In this document: positions 37,461 through 49,428 of the stretch, one piece after another
Layout: every line of letters begins with the position of its first letter
How positions within the stretch are numbered: the stretch's first letter is position 1
Assembly: GCF_021028975.2 (NCBI RefSeq)
Contig: NC_059437.1
Coordinates: 18,352,001-18,416,000 of the forward strand
Direction: 5' to 3'
Source: Sphaerodactylus townsendi
Lineage: Eukaryota
Length of the DNA: 64,000 nt
Program-made: the position numbers and the translations under genes
Notes under the pieces: model-generated
Seen by the model: the letters and a program-made list of their open reading frames with translations, nothing else
Databases searched by the model: none
Told to the model about the DNA's origin: nothing

Positions 37461-38400
37461 GGGAACCAAAGTGTTGAGAAAACCTGAGGGGATATCAAAA
37501 CCTTAAGTATAGACAAAGTATTTTTTATTGCACTGTTCTCACAAGAATTATATTAAAATATTTACAACCTTTTAAAATTGTGGAAATTCAATGGAAGCAT
37601 AAATCCAGGAGTTGCATCTCCAATAATATATATATAAATAAAATAAGCTGTTGCCAGAATTGACCTGACATGTTTTGACCCAAAGGTCTTCTTCAGAGGT
37701 CAAAATTTATACACGCACGCACACACACACACATTACAAATCATACAATACAACAGTGCGGAGCCCATAAATAAATTTATTTTCATTCCTTATTTGACTC
37801 AGCATTGACATACACTCATACTGTGAAAGTTGATCCAGTATGGACAGGTTGGCATTTGAAAAGTAATGTACTATAAATACTGATTTTTTTTTAAAAAAAG
37901 TTACACTATGTTATATTATATACTTGGTAGTACTCTGACACTACCTAACATATGAACTCCTAAATGAGTGGTGACTGCTATTTGCAGTAATTATAAGACC
38001 TACGTTTGACTGGAATGAGTAATCATTATCTTCACAACAAAAGTTATAAAGGAAAAAAAATGAGGTTAAAATTATAGATTTCACAATTTTTTTAAAAAAA
38101 ATATTTTGTTCAGGTCCCTTGTTCAGCAGCCCTTTCTACCTGTTCAATGAATCTTGGCAAAAGCTTAAGCATTGTCAGATCAATCTTTGTAACAGTTTAT
38201 GTTCTAATATTGTGGAAGGGTTTTTGTTTTGGTATCTCTGGAGATGTAACTCCTGGATTTATATATCCATTGAATTTCCAGAATTGTAAATGGTTGTAAA
38301 TGTTTTTAATATAGTTCTTGTGAGTACAGTATAGTAACAATATTTTGTATATACCTCAGGTTTTCTTTTTACCTCATTTTTTCTCAACCCTTTGGTTCCT
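37461..38400. mobile_element. Penelope-like element remnant: two inverted ~215-230-bp arms with a hammerhead
   Basis: 37461-37675 is the reverse complement of ~38170-38399, e.g. GGAAATTCAATGGAAGCATAAATCCAGGAGTTGCATCTCCA vs TGGAGATGTAACTCCTGGATTTATATATCCATTGAATTTCC. Confidence 0.75.
37660..37703 (-). ncRNA. Minimal type I hammerhead ribozyme, G12A variant (probably inactive)
   Basis: UUGACCU-CUGAAGA-A-GACC UUUG GGUC-AAAA-CAUG-UC^AGGUCAA: 7-bp stem I, 4-bp stem II, palindromic ACAUGU stem III, GUC cleavage triplet. Confidence 0.8.
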
Positions 38401-38802
38401 AGATTTAAAGAGTAACCCATACTGAGCATGTTAGACTAGGCAAGTCTTAAGGTTACTGTGGCATGTTTCCATGATGACAGATTGGCCAGGTCAAGGTAGG
38501 GGTCCATCTTCTAGCATCAATGAAGATGGAAAAAAAATATTTGTCTTCAGTTTGTAGGCTGCACTAGGAAAAATACTAAAGTTTCTTGCATTAGGCAGGC
38601 ACAGAAGAGTTGAGAAGCAACTGTCTGGAAATCTGAGATAAGAGTCTGGCAAGGTGAATTGGTAGTGATAATCATCAAGTGTCCCAGATCATGAGGCAGA
38701 GCACGACCAGGGTTTCCTTAGCATCTTAAATTGTACACCCCTTGAAGAAGCTAGACTGTACCCCCACTCATGTGTGACATATGAAGAAGTATGCAGGAGG
38801 TA

Positions 38803-38833
<31 letters not shown>

Positions 38834-39122
38834 AGTTTGGATTTATATCCCCCCTTTCTCTCCTGCAGGAAACTCAAAGGGGCTGACAATCTCCTTGCCC
38901 TTCCCCCCTCACAACAAACACCCTGTGAGGTAGGTGGGGCTGAGAGAGCTCCGAGAAACTGTGACTAGCCCAAGGTCACCCAGCTGGCGTGTGTGGGAGT
39001 GTACAGGCTAATCTGAATTCCCCAGATAAGCTTCCACAGCTCAGGCGGCAGAGCTGGGAATCAAACCCAGTTCCTCCAGATTAGATACATGAGCTCTTAA
39101 CCTCCTACGCCACTGCTGCTCC
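38803..39122 (-). mobile_element. Young full-length Squam3-like SINE with (AAG)10 tail
   Basis: Near-identical to 46973-47240; CpGs retained. Confidence 0.95.
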
Positions 39123-39544
39123 ACTGCATGTAAGATGAGTAGAAGGTGGGCAACTAGTGATATCAATTACTTTGTAATCCAAACATGATATAGCAGAATG
39201 CAGAAATATAGAAATCCTGTGTGGTTTCAGGGCTTCTGCCTTTTGTAGTGGCCTATTTGACAACTGCCAAATAAAGCATTTAACCTCTCACCCTTGGTGT
39301 GGATAATTGGGAGTATCAGCACCAGGGCCAGATCCTGGCCCCAAAAGTTGTGGTATCAAGCTGAATTAAGCATCCTGGGAAATATATTTCCCAGCGTCCG
39401 TTGTTTGCTTCAGATTCTGGTGAATGAACTGAAGTGTGAAGGAGAAAGAAATAAGAAAGAATGATGTGAGTTGTAGTAGAATGAGATTGCACCTAGAGGA
39501 TGCAGTCTTCTCTGTGCACCTAAGTCACATTAACAATTTTAAAA

Positions 39545-39725
39545 TTTTGCTTCTCCCAAGGAGCTCCGGGAAGCTTACATAGTTCCCCCCTCTTCCATTT
39601 TCACCTTAGAAAACTGACTGTGAGGAAGTGACAGTCCCAAAGTTAGCTAGCACCAACAGTCAGAGCATGTGATTAGTGTTCACCTCAATGTTGTTTCAAA
39701 ATTCAGTACTCTACAATTCACTGTA
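39545..39725 (-). mobile_element. Old MIR/Squam3A-like SINE remnant
   Basis: CTCCCAAGGAGCTC...CTTACA, CCATTTT..CTGTGAGG..GTGACAGTCCCAAAGT motifs. Confidence 0.4.
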
Positions 39726-41394
39726 GGAAATTGTGAGTGTACATATTAGAAAGTAAAGGGTTTACTTGGGAGCTAAACTTGCTTCTAGCCTATTCAATGA
39801 AACCAGCTTCCATCTGCCTAGCTCTGCCTACCTTCAGCCTAAAATCTGTTGGTCACTCAAGTGTATGATGCTGGAGACTGGTATTGTATATATAAATATA
39901 TGCAGTTTTGGGTTTAGCTCAGGCTTTTCTTGAAATCCTCTGCATTCCTTCTGGTTTTTCCAGTACAAATACTGAACTTAAGTTGCTGTCAGCTTTCCAA
40001 GGAAACTGTCATCCTAGAGTTTAAAGTGAAAAGTATTGAGTACATGAGCATTTACCAGGGAGAATAAAATGGGCTTATTTATCAAAGTCCGTGTCCTTGG
40101 TGAAGGGCTTACGTTCTACATTTCTCATAAACACACTTGCTATATATGTAGGGTGATAAATATGCATTGAGTACTTCTCTTTCCCTCCTCTACTTAATTG
40201 CCTGCACATGGCTCAATATAATCTTTTTTTTCCAGAAGTGCGGAAAATGTTTATTGTAATAGCATATAATGGAAGACATGATATCTCTACATACAAAAAT
40301 GATACAGTGCTTGATCACTATAAGCTGACTTCCACACTAGGAGGGTGTAACTATATGTCTCTTGAATCATATTATATAGTAGGAGGAGGAAATATTCTCT
40401 AGATAGCAAAAGATGGTGAAAGGAAGAAAGAAAACTACAATTGTTCATAACAAGTTTTGCAAAATTAACACCTAAATAAACTGCTGTAATGAGAGAGATG
40501 GGGATATTTAACTTTGTAAAGGGTCACGAATCTGACCCATAAATATCACTATCATTTTTGAGCTGACTTTGGGCCATGTAAAATACTATGAGGGCTCAAT
40601 CCTGGTCACATCAGCAGATCAATGGGCATAGGAACTCTCCCCTGTATATTCAAATGTGGAAACAACCCAGCTGGCATTTTTAAATGACCCAAGTTCAGCC
40701 CTAAAATAGCAGTGTCTACGGGTCTGACTCATGGATTTAGGAGCATCAAATTTGGCCCATTATTTCTATGGATGATTTCTAATTTGTCATCATTGCTGTG
40801 CCTGCCCCACCCCCACAAAACGCCTCTATGATTTTGTGTCTCCCTTCTCTGAATTAGATCTGTGATTCTTATTTTTTTTCACATGGAACGTATCATTCAA
40901 AGGCATGCGTGGAAAAGAAATAAATGTTCTCAGTAATGAACATTACAGAAATGAGTACTGTGTCCTGAAGGACATTTTGCGGCAGTCTAGAGACGCTATA
41001 GCAGACTGTAGTCCAGGATGACTAAATGAGACATTGCCCCTTGAGGTTTGGGATTAAAGCCTTTCTCTCTTTGAAAGAGACTTGTGACAGCTGAAATGTC
41101 TACTACAAGCCTTGAAATTCTGATGAGGTCAGGAATTTATTCAGATGCTGTCTAGCTCTGTGGTTCTTTTTGACGTATGTATACTTTAGGATCTGTATGT
41201 TGATTCATGTTTGTATGACTGCACATGAAGGATTAATTGATGTACTGGTCTATAATCTCATGATACTGTATGGTAAATAATTTTGTAAATAATATAAGAC
41301 CAAAGAATCTATGTTATAACATTTACTTTGTGTTTTGAGTTACAGAGCTTTCGCACTATTGGCTGCTGCCACCTTTGTGTCTTCTGTTGGCCAT

Positions 41395-41758
41395 ATTCTT
41401 TAAGTCACCAACCTTTATGAGCCTCTAGGCACTTTTGAAATTCCAATATGGCATGGTAGGCTCAGCAACCAAATGGCTGCTACAAAATGGCTGCTGCAGG
41501 AGTCGAAGCCAGACACAAAATTATTGCCACAGTTTACCTTCAGTAACACAGCGTACATCCTTGTACTATGGTGGCAGCTGCTGCCAAAGCAGCATTCAAA
41601 AAATCGTGCAGCTTATCAAATCTCCAATCGTCAGTCCAAAGCCTTGTTGGACAAAAGCCTGACCTGACCCCACTCACTTCCTAAAAACATGTGGTGGGCA
41701 CCAGAAAAGGTGTTGTCTGGTGCCACAGTGCCCACAGGTACCATGCTAGGAACTCTGC
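41395..41758. mobile_element. hAT (Charlie-like) non-autonomous element remnant
   Basis: Repeated AAATGGCTGC motifs; terminal GTGCCCACAGGTACCATGCTAGGAACTCTG. Confidence 0.4.
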
Positions 41759-42572
41759 TTTAAGAAGACAAAATATTAAATAGACAAAATATTTTGTCTG
41801 CTTAAAGAATGTGGCCAACAGCAGACAGAGAGATGGCAGCGGCAGGAGAAAAAACCATAGATAAGCAGGATGGAAATGTGCATACACAACTAAACATATG
41901 TCTGAACACAGACAGACTTGAAGATGGGCTGCAAACAAGGTTTTTTTGGGCAGAACTGGAGGAATACTTTGAGGCTAAAAAAAATATGAAGCATCTCTCT
42001 TTGTCTGTCCTGACTGACTTGGTATTTGTTAGTGGCAGACGTAGGCAAACCAGCTAGACAGGAACAATTCACAATGTTTTATTGATATTGTAGGAGTCTT
42101 TGTTACATTACCGTGTTTAGTTGTTACTATTTTTATCATTACTATTTCTTAGGTTCAAAAAAATAAACAAAATAAACAAAAAAAGGTATTTGGGGTTGTG
42201 TTACCTCTGCATTCTTAGCCCATAGTGCCTATCTTACATGGTTAACTGGAAAGGCAGGTGATCCGTTTGGATCAGCAGTAATTTGTATATGCATGTTTTT
42301 TCTGGCTCTTGAGAGTTGTAACTTATTCACTAAGGCATGCCCTGCCCATGACCCCATGGCAGACCAAGCAACTCATGCAGAAAAACTCATAGCAGGAGCT
42401 ACTGTGCATGCACAAAGCTGTCCATTCAGCTTGAACTTCAAGCAAAGACCTTGAGGTGATCCAGGAAGTTTGATTTCAGGTGTTGATGATCACATTAGTT
42501 TTGAAGTTCCCAACAGCCTTAGGATTTCTGCACTGAAAAGATAGAAAAAAGAAGAGTGTTTTGCCCCCTTTT

Positions 42573-42606
42573 GGGGTGGGGGTGGGGGTGGGGGTGGGGG
42601 TGGGGG
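42573..42606 (+). repeat. (GGGGGT)n repeat, predicted G-quadruplex
   Basis: Six G4-5 runs separated by single T. Confidence 0.85.
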
Positions 42607-43599
42607 AAGGAGATAACTTAATTGAGAAGCAGGAACAGACTGTTTTAAGTCCACCTAATGCCCACTTGTCACCAACTGGCTTAAATGAGACTTCAGTGCC
42701 TAATTGGTGGATCTTGGTGTTTGCATCCTTCTCTTTTGGCTTTATACAGTGCCACCATTCCTTTATTTAAAAAAATATGAACCGTTGCATTATCAGTGTG
42801 CACACACATCAGGGATATGGGACTATGAATTGAAAGTGGGAGCAAGCTGCAGAAGTACAATAAATTGGATCCAGGCTAATGTTTTCTATGGATGTAAGGA
42901 CAGAAATTGGTGGGCATTTCAGGCTACTGTGGGAAGTGGGGTGTGTGTGTGTTGGGGGGGGGTGAGATGGGCAAATCATGCCTCCCTGGTAAAAAACCCT
43001 TGGATCCATGCCAATACTCTGGGCAAACCAGCCAAATAAGTGGTGCAGCAGTGGGACAAGCACACCCAAAGACTTTTTTCTAGTAAAAGCTCTCAGGATG
43101 GAAGGAAGAGAATGCTGAAGCCTTCACTGCCACTGAACCACACTTGAAAGCTCCTCCACAGACCCTGTTTTTAGGTACGAAAAGGTACAAGAAGGATAAG
43201 GTGAACACCAGATCACATTTGAGACACCATGATTTTATTTCAGCCAAACTTCCATTTTGTTTACGATCTAATCAGACTCCAGTTGCATAGGTGCTGAATT
43301 TAATCTTGGTCACTTTTGTGTGTGAATGCTGGCAGAGAAGACCACATAGGTGATGGGGTAGTGTGGGGCAGGGGTCTCCCAGACCCCCACTGTGACCCCT
43401 GGTCTCTATTTTGTCCATTTGTGTTCCAACTTGCCCTCAGGCAGAAAAGGTTTTTTCCCCTCCAGACAAAAAAAACATGCCTCTCATCTGCTTCTGTCTC
43501 TCTTTTGCCAGCTATGGTGGAGTAATTTGTGGTGTCAGAAAAGGAAGGTACGAGAAGGATAACTCTACAGCGACATCAGAAAACAAACAAGGGAGGGAA

Positions 43600-44900
43600 T
43601 ATGGTGTTCTTGTTTATTACCTGCCAACTTCTTTTCCTCTGTCATACTACATTTCTCCTCTAATAAAGCAAGCCATTTCGGTGTCACAACAGCTACTCTT
43701 TCATCGTGTTAGAAAACAAAGCTATTGCCATTGCTCATCCTTGCAAGAGGGGAGGAGGGGGAAATAACACGGAAGGAGGGATGCAATCACCCACTTTCTA
43801 TGAAAGGGCAATTTATTTTAAATGGGTTATTGTTGTAATGACAACGCACACATTTATCCTTCTTTTCTTGCCTGCTCTCAGGTGCCAGCCCTGCCTCTCT
43901 AAGACTTTTGACATCCTGTCCAATTACGTTGCATTTGTTCCTCCAGGGCCTTGCTTTCTCCCCCAACAGCATTTGAGAAGTTTGGATAAAGCTTTATCCT
44001 TCTGGCTGCCCTTAGGAATATCCAGACCGCCTGGATGGCTTTGTCTAAGACAGCCGCATTGCCTAGCAAAACCTCTCATGTTTGACAGGAATACATCCAC
44101 TGACCTTCAATTAGGCTGCAGGTTAAGACAATACGGAGAAAATCAATTGCTCATTTTCTCCCTTTTGCTCATGGTTTTGATGTTTGCCGAGATAAAGGAT
44201 GACAGTGTTAAAGGCAGGATTCTCCAAAGAACATACATATGATGTTACCCGAGGCTCAAGGGGTCGTGCTTCGGCCTAATCGCCACAAAGCTCCTTGACT
44301 CAGTTCTGTCAATAAAAATCAACCTCAGCTCTGGACAACAGTTGCTGTTTCTCTTATAGTCTTCCATATCTCTTTATTTGTCTCCACATTTCTTATCCCC
44401 TCCCTTCCAGAACACTTTTTTTTTCTGGGAGAAATCACAGCAGATGACACTGAAACACATTGTTTAATTTTATCATGGTTTGGCAGGTGTCTCAGCTGAC
44501 ACAGCATCCCCTGACAGAAATGAGAAGGACTTTCGACCTCTGTCATAAAATGGTGGAGGGGAGATGTCATTTACAGCAACAAAAGCTTTGGGGAAGAAAG
44601 ATAATTAACAAACGTCTATCAGTTTGGTAATCTTGAGGGGAGGGACGAATCGGTGCTAAACACACACTAGGCTTTGCGCTTATCACAGTTATTACTTTTT
44701 CTTTAGTTTGGTAAATGTAGGTTTATTCCTTCATTTAATGCTGAAAGCAGACCTCCATCCCCACTTGCGTTGTAGCTCCGTGACTCGAACCGACAAACCG
44801 AGCATAGCTGCAGAACATCTATCAGTAGCTTCGCTATTGCAGCAAAGACCCTGTTTATTTACACATTTTAACAAGCCTTAGGAGGAGTTAAAGCCAGGAG
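43600..44900. promoter_or_regulatory. Candidate conserved non-coding enhancer block
   Basis: No recognised repeat; CpG retention; multiple TGACA/TGTCA, TAAT/ATTA and GATAA motifs; AP-1 TGACTCA near 44296. Confidence 0.35.
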
Positions 44901-46839
44901 GAAACAGATATATGGACCCTTCTTCCAGTTCCTCCCCCGCCCCCCACCACCACTGGTGGTGCTTGGAACACAGGAGTGTATACAGCTCGTTTATTTCTGC
45001 AGGTACTTTCACTTTCCTGTGCATCCAGCAACATGTTTTCAAAATGCTTGTTTGCAAAAGCCATGCACAATGCAGATACAACTCATTCTTGCGTGTTGCA
45101 TACATATATAATCTGCAGCAGCCTTAATTGCAGACTAGGTTTTCTTTCCCATTTAAAACTGCAGGCATCTGTCTAAGCAGAATAGTTCAAGGTCTGAATC
45201 TTTTCAACTAGCATGCCCGGTTGACTTAATTGCACACCATCTCATGCAGCCACTGAATTTAGCTGATCTTTCCTTTCCCTTGATCCACTGGTGTTCTAAA
45301 TCCTGATACCTATTTTAGATATGACTGCAACATTTGAGTAGAGGTGTTTCCTGTTGAAAAAGCCATGGGAACTGCCTGCTTTTTTGGCTTTGCAGGTTTG
45401 TGGGTTTTGTGCAGTTCATACCATATCAGGGATGATTTAAACTAAATAACAGATACCGTAATAACAGCAAAAAATACCTGATGGAACACATGAAGCTGTG
45501 AAGACTGCGAAAATCAAGGTTAGAGGTGCAGGCTTTGACTCACAAGAACAGGCCTTGTGCCCGCCACCCCACCCCCCCAAAAAATCCCTGCTATGCTATA
45601 ACTTGTGAAATGGGTCCCACAGCGAGTTATGCTGCAACAACTCATGAGATATCAGGAGTAGCACCAGGAGAGACTGGTCCAAAGGCTTTGTCTTGACAAC
45701 ACTTGCCAAGAGAGTGATCTTCAGTGGTGGCCAGTTCAATGATATGGCATCCACTCCTGTCCTTTCCCTCCATCATCACCATTGGCCTCATATAATTTCC
45801 ATAAAAGATCTCATAGAGGGATCACACACTTCTAAGAACTTGTCAAGAGCACCACCTAGTGTGTCTCCATGGAGCTCTTTGCTGTGGAATCTGACAAGGG
45901 GTATGAGCATGTCTTTTTTTTAATCAATCCTTTGTTTAAAAAAAAGCAAACCTGAAGCCTAGTTCCTTTAAAGTGACACCTGCAAGGGCAGAGAGATGGG
46001 ATATAGATAAACTTTAATTACATCAGTGGTTAAATGGGTGTTTAATTTTAATGAACTAGGAGTCTGGGGGCTCACATCGATATTGGGAATGAGGGCTACC
46101 TTTGCTGAAGAGAGTATCTTGTTTCGTTTTAAGTGAGAGACAAATGGATCTGTTCTGCCCTAATGGAGATGAAACACTTCTTTGAGTTTTGTTCACCTAA
46201 GGAGGAAAATGCAGCCGTCAATAGACTTTTAACGGTTCAGGCCTTGATTGGAAATGTCTTTGTTAGTCCCCAAGAGGCACGGATGTGCCGCAATATGAGT
46301 TAATATCCGTTAGTAGTTGGGGTTGACCAAAGAAGCCACTGTTTCAACAAAAGAATGACACTGAATCCTTTGGCATGTTTTAGACTAGCATTATTAGGCT
46401 CTCCCAAGCTAAAGCTTGTATCCTCAAATATATCCAAGATTATCAGTGTGCAGTTATCTTTTTTCTACAAATGGAGACACATAAACAGAGGTTGATATGA
46501 TTATAAAAAGTTTTAACAGAAAAAAATATTATTCACAATCTCTAGATCTAAGAATAATCTAATTAAATTACCAGCATGTCTGGAACTGACAAAAGGAATC
46601 TTTACTTTTTTTGTCAGCCAACACAAAATCAACATCCTGAATTTACTGCCTGAAGGCATGATGATACAAGCAAAAATGTATTTTATTAAACTTTAGGAGG
46701 AAATGAGGGGGGTACACCAATTAAGGTGTAGTAACTAGAAAGGGTTATTTGCTAGTGTTAAGAGTATTTTACATTCCTGGTGATCTCTGGCCCAAAAGCT
46801 GTCTGGTTGTTCTTGACTATGGGCAGGGCCTTTTTAGCC

Positions 46840-46972
46840 NNNNNNNNNNNNNNNNNNNNNNNNNNNNNNNNNNNNNNNNNNNNNNNNNNNNNNNNNNNNN
46901 NNNNNNNNNNNNNNNNNNNNNNNNNNNNNNNNNNNNNNNNNNNNNNNNNNNNNNNNNNNNNNNNNNNNNNNN
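46840..46972. other. Assembly gap (133 N)
   Basis: N run abutting the tail side of a young SINE. Confidence 1.
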
Positions 46973-47240
46973 CGCCTTTCTCTCCAGCAGGAGACTCAAA
47001 GGGGCTTACAATCTCCTTGCCCTTCCCCCCTCACAACAAACACCCTGTGAGGTGGGTGAGGCTGAGAGAGCTCAGAAGAGCTGTGACTAGCCCAAGGTCA
47101 CCCAGCTGGCGTGTGTGGGAGTGTACAGGCTAATCTGAATTCCCCAGATAAGCCTCCACAGCTCAGGCGGCAGAGCTGGGAATCAAACCCAGTTCCTCCA
47201 GATTAGATACATGAGCTCTTAACCTCCTACGCCACTGCTG
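46973..47240 (-). mobile_element. Young Squam3-like SINE (tail falls in the gap)
   Basis: Near-identical to 38803-39122. Confidence 0.95.
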
Positions 47241-47309
47241 ATAGAATGCTTTGTCAGGTGAGATTAGGGTCCTGCAGGATATAGTGCAGTTCTGCAAGGC
47301 CTGACACAG

Positions 47310-47640
47310 CTGTTCAACCAGGCTTATTGGTGGCATAGGTCTGTGCTGCTGAAGAGGAGGGAGGCATTTCTGTACTGAAAGTCCTTTTGGATTTGACTAA
47401 AGTCAGCTCTGTTCCCAAATCGCCACCCCAACCATGCCAGCACTGTCTCCTGCAACGCAGGAACGACAGTGTGGAGGAAAACCTCTGGATTCGTGCACCC
47501 TGGCATTCTACCACCAAGTTAAGGCCTTACTGCACCAGGGTCCATGCCACTACGTGCAGTGTTAGTGGCACTGGTGCTGGTGCGACCCTCCCACCACTTC
47601 CAATGGAGCTTCAGCACTACCCTCCTCCTTTGGATTGAAA
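47310..47640. mobile_element. MITE related to 22860-23243
   Basis: GACTAAAGTCAGCTCTGTTCC matches the reverse complement of GGAACAGAACTGACC; ends TTTGGATTG. Confidence 0.4.
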
Positions 47641-47828
47641 CCTCAAACTACCTTTACAGGTAGTCAAGTCAAAGGTTTGCAGAACAGACTTTTCTTTTTA
47701 GCTGTTAGTTTGCAAAAGCCAGCAGGATGTCAATTCATATGTTGATGGAATTATTGAAAAGAACAATAGACCTGTTTCTGCAGTGTGGGGAAACAGCATA
47801 CATTCCACAAAGGTAGCAGAGACATCAG

Positions 47829-48042
47829 AATACAGTAGCGGTTAAGAGTAGTGGACTCTAATCTGGTGAACTGGGTTTGTTTTCCTCGCTCCTCCTCAAG
47901 AAGAATCACAGTTCACTTAGAACTCTCCCAGCCACACCTATTTCACAAGGTGTCTGTTGTGGGAAGGGGAAGGTGATTGCGAGCCATTCTGAGACTCCTT
48001 AAAGGTAGAGAGAAGCAGGATATAAAGCTTCTTCTTCTTCTT
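47829..48042 (+). mobile_element. Squam3-like SINE, single B-box unit, (TTC)n tail
   Basis: GTAGCGGTTAAGAGTAGTGGACTCTAATCTGGTGAAC...GGATATAAAGCTTCTTC. Confidence 0.85.
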
Positions 48043-48767
48043 ATGGAATCTGGCCAACACTATTCTATTTGGCAACTCCATAGGGATCTCATCAACTATA
48101 TAAAGAATCTCTATCCTTTTGTGAGCAGCAGTTCAGAACAAATGGTGAGATAAGATGAGAGAGCTTGGAATTCTTCTGAGGGGAGTCAGATGCAAAAGGA
48201 GCAGAAAAAAGGTTGGCCAAATAATTTAGGCATAAATATAGCCTGAACAAGAATTATGCAAAATGTTTTATTATTCTGCCTATCTCTCAATGTATCATCG
48301 TGGAGAATAAGTTTAGAATTATAGTGAAAGAATCCATAGAACATTTTAGATAATTCTTGCTTCTTGTAATCAATGACTATTTATCTACCTAAAGATTTTT
48401 TTTCCTTTTCTGAAATTGACGTTATAAAGTCAGACTAACTTGGGCCCATGCCTACCAGGATTCCAAAAGAAGGTGGAGAGATGTCTAAATTTTTGAAGAT
48501 TTCCTCCTACATCCATGGCGATTTGGTGGGTGTGGTGGGTGATACTTAACTGGGAGGGACAGAGACAAATATAAAGGGTCTGGGTCACTTCTGATCCCCA
48601 ATCCATTGGTACCAGTTAAAAGGAATCCTGTAGATATGGGTTGTGGGGTAAAATAAATCTAACTTCTCATTGAGGTTTAGCAGCTTGCAAGGTGGGCTGG
48701 CTGAGCACATTCTGTATCCCCTGTGGTAGAACAAGATTCCTGTTGGGCATGTTTGACCACACCCTCA

Positions 48768-49040
48768 TTTATTTGTTTGTTTGTTTGTTTTATATCCCAT
48801 CCTCCCTGCTTGAGACAGCTTACAACAATTAATCAAAAACAATAAATCATAGTGTGTTACAATTTCCAGCATCTTGGTGCTCCAGACCAGTAGGAAGTAA
48901 GATCAATGAAAGGAGGGAGCAGTTAGAAAAGGATAAAAGAAAGGGTATGGATAAAATACAAAACAGAAAAATAAGCGAATAATGGGGGAAAGAGGGAGGG
49001 AGGCCAGCAAAGATGGATGCTATTCCTGCCCTTAACCATT
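48768..49040 (-). mobile_element. L2-like LINE 3' end
   Basis: (TTTG)n then TATATCCCATCCTCCC...CAGCTTACAACA. Confidence 0.5.
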
Positions 49041-49428
49041 TTAAAATACAGCTGTGTCACACATAACAATACCTTTATAATTAATGCACCAGTCTATGAT
49101 GATCACTGCAGTGTTGCTGGCATAGAAGTAGACTCTCTCATACAAAAGTGGATTAACAGTGCTATCTTATGGAGAGTTACTGCCGTCTCAACCAATTCAT
49201 TTCAATGCTCTGGAATAATTCTGCTTAGGAGTGCACTGTGAGTTACTCTGATCTGAACTAAATCAGTTTTTCTCCCACAGAACGTAGGATCTGCAGGTAC
49301 TATAGTCAGTACAGAAATTCACCAGTGTTAATGGGACTGCACTAAGTAGAAATATTGCCAGAGGGACAGTACAAAGTAATGTACAACTTAGTGAAAAAGT
49401 GCTTTAAAGTGTAGAATTTGCCTAAGGG

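Noticed and set aside
43706-44242. Longest ORF in the window (178 aa)
   Set aside because: No recognisable domain, non-ATG start and no splice context; more likely a chance ORF in a regulatory-like block.
46749-47133. ORFs spanning the N run
   Set aside because: Artefacts of the assembly gap and SINE sequence.
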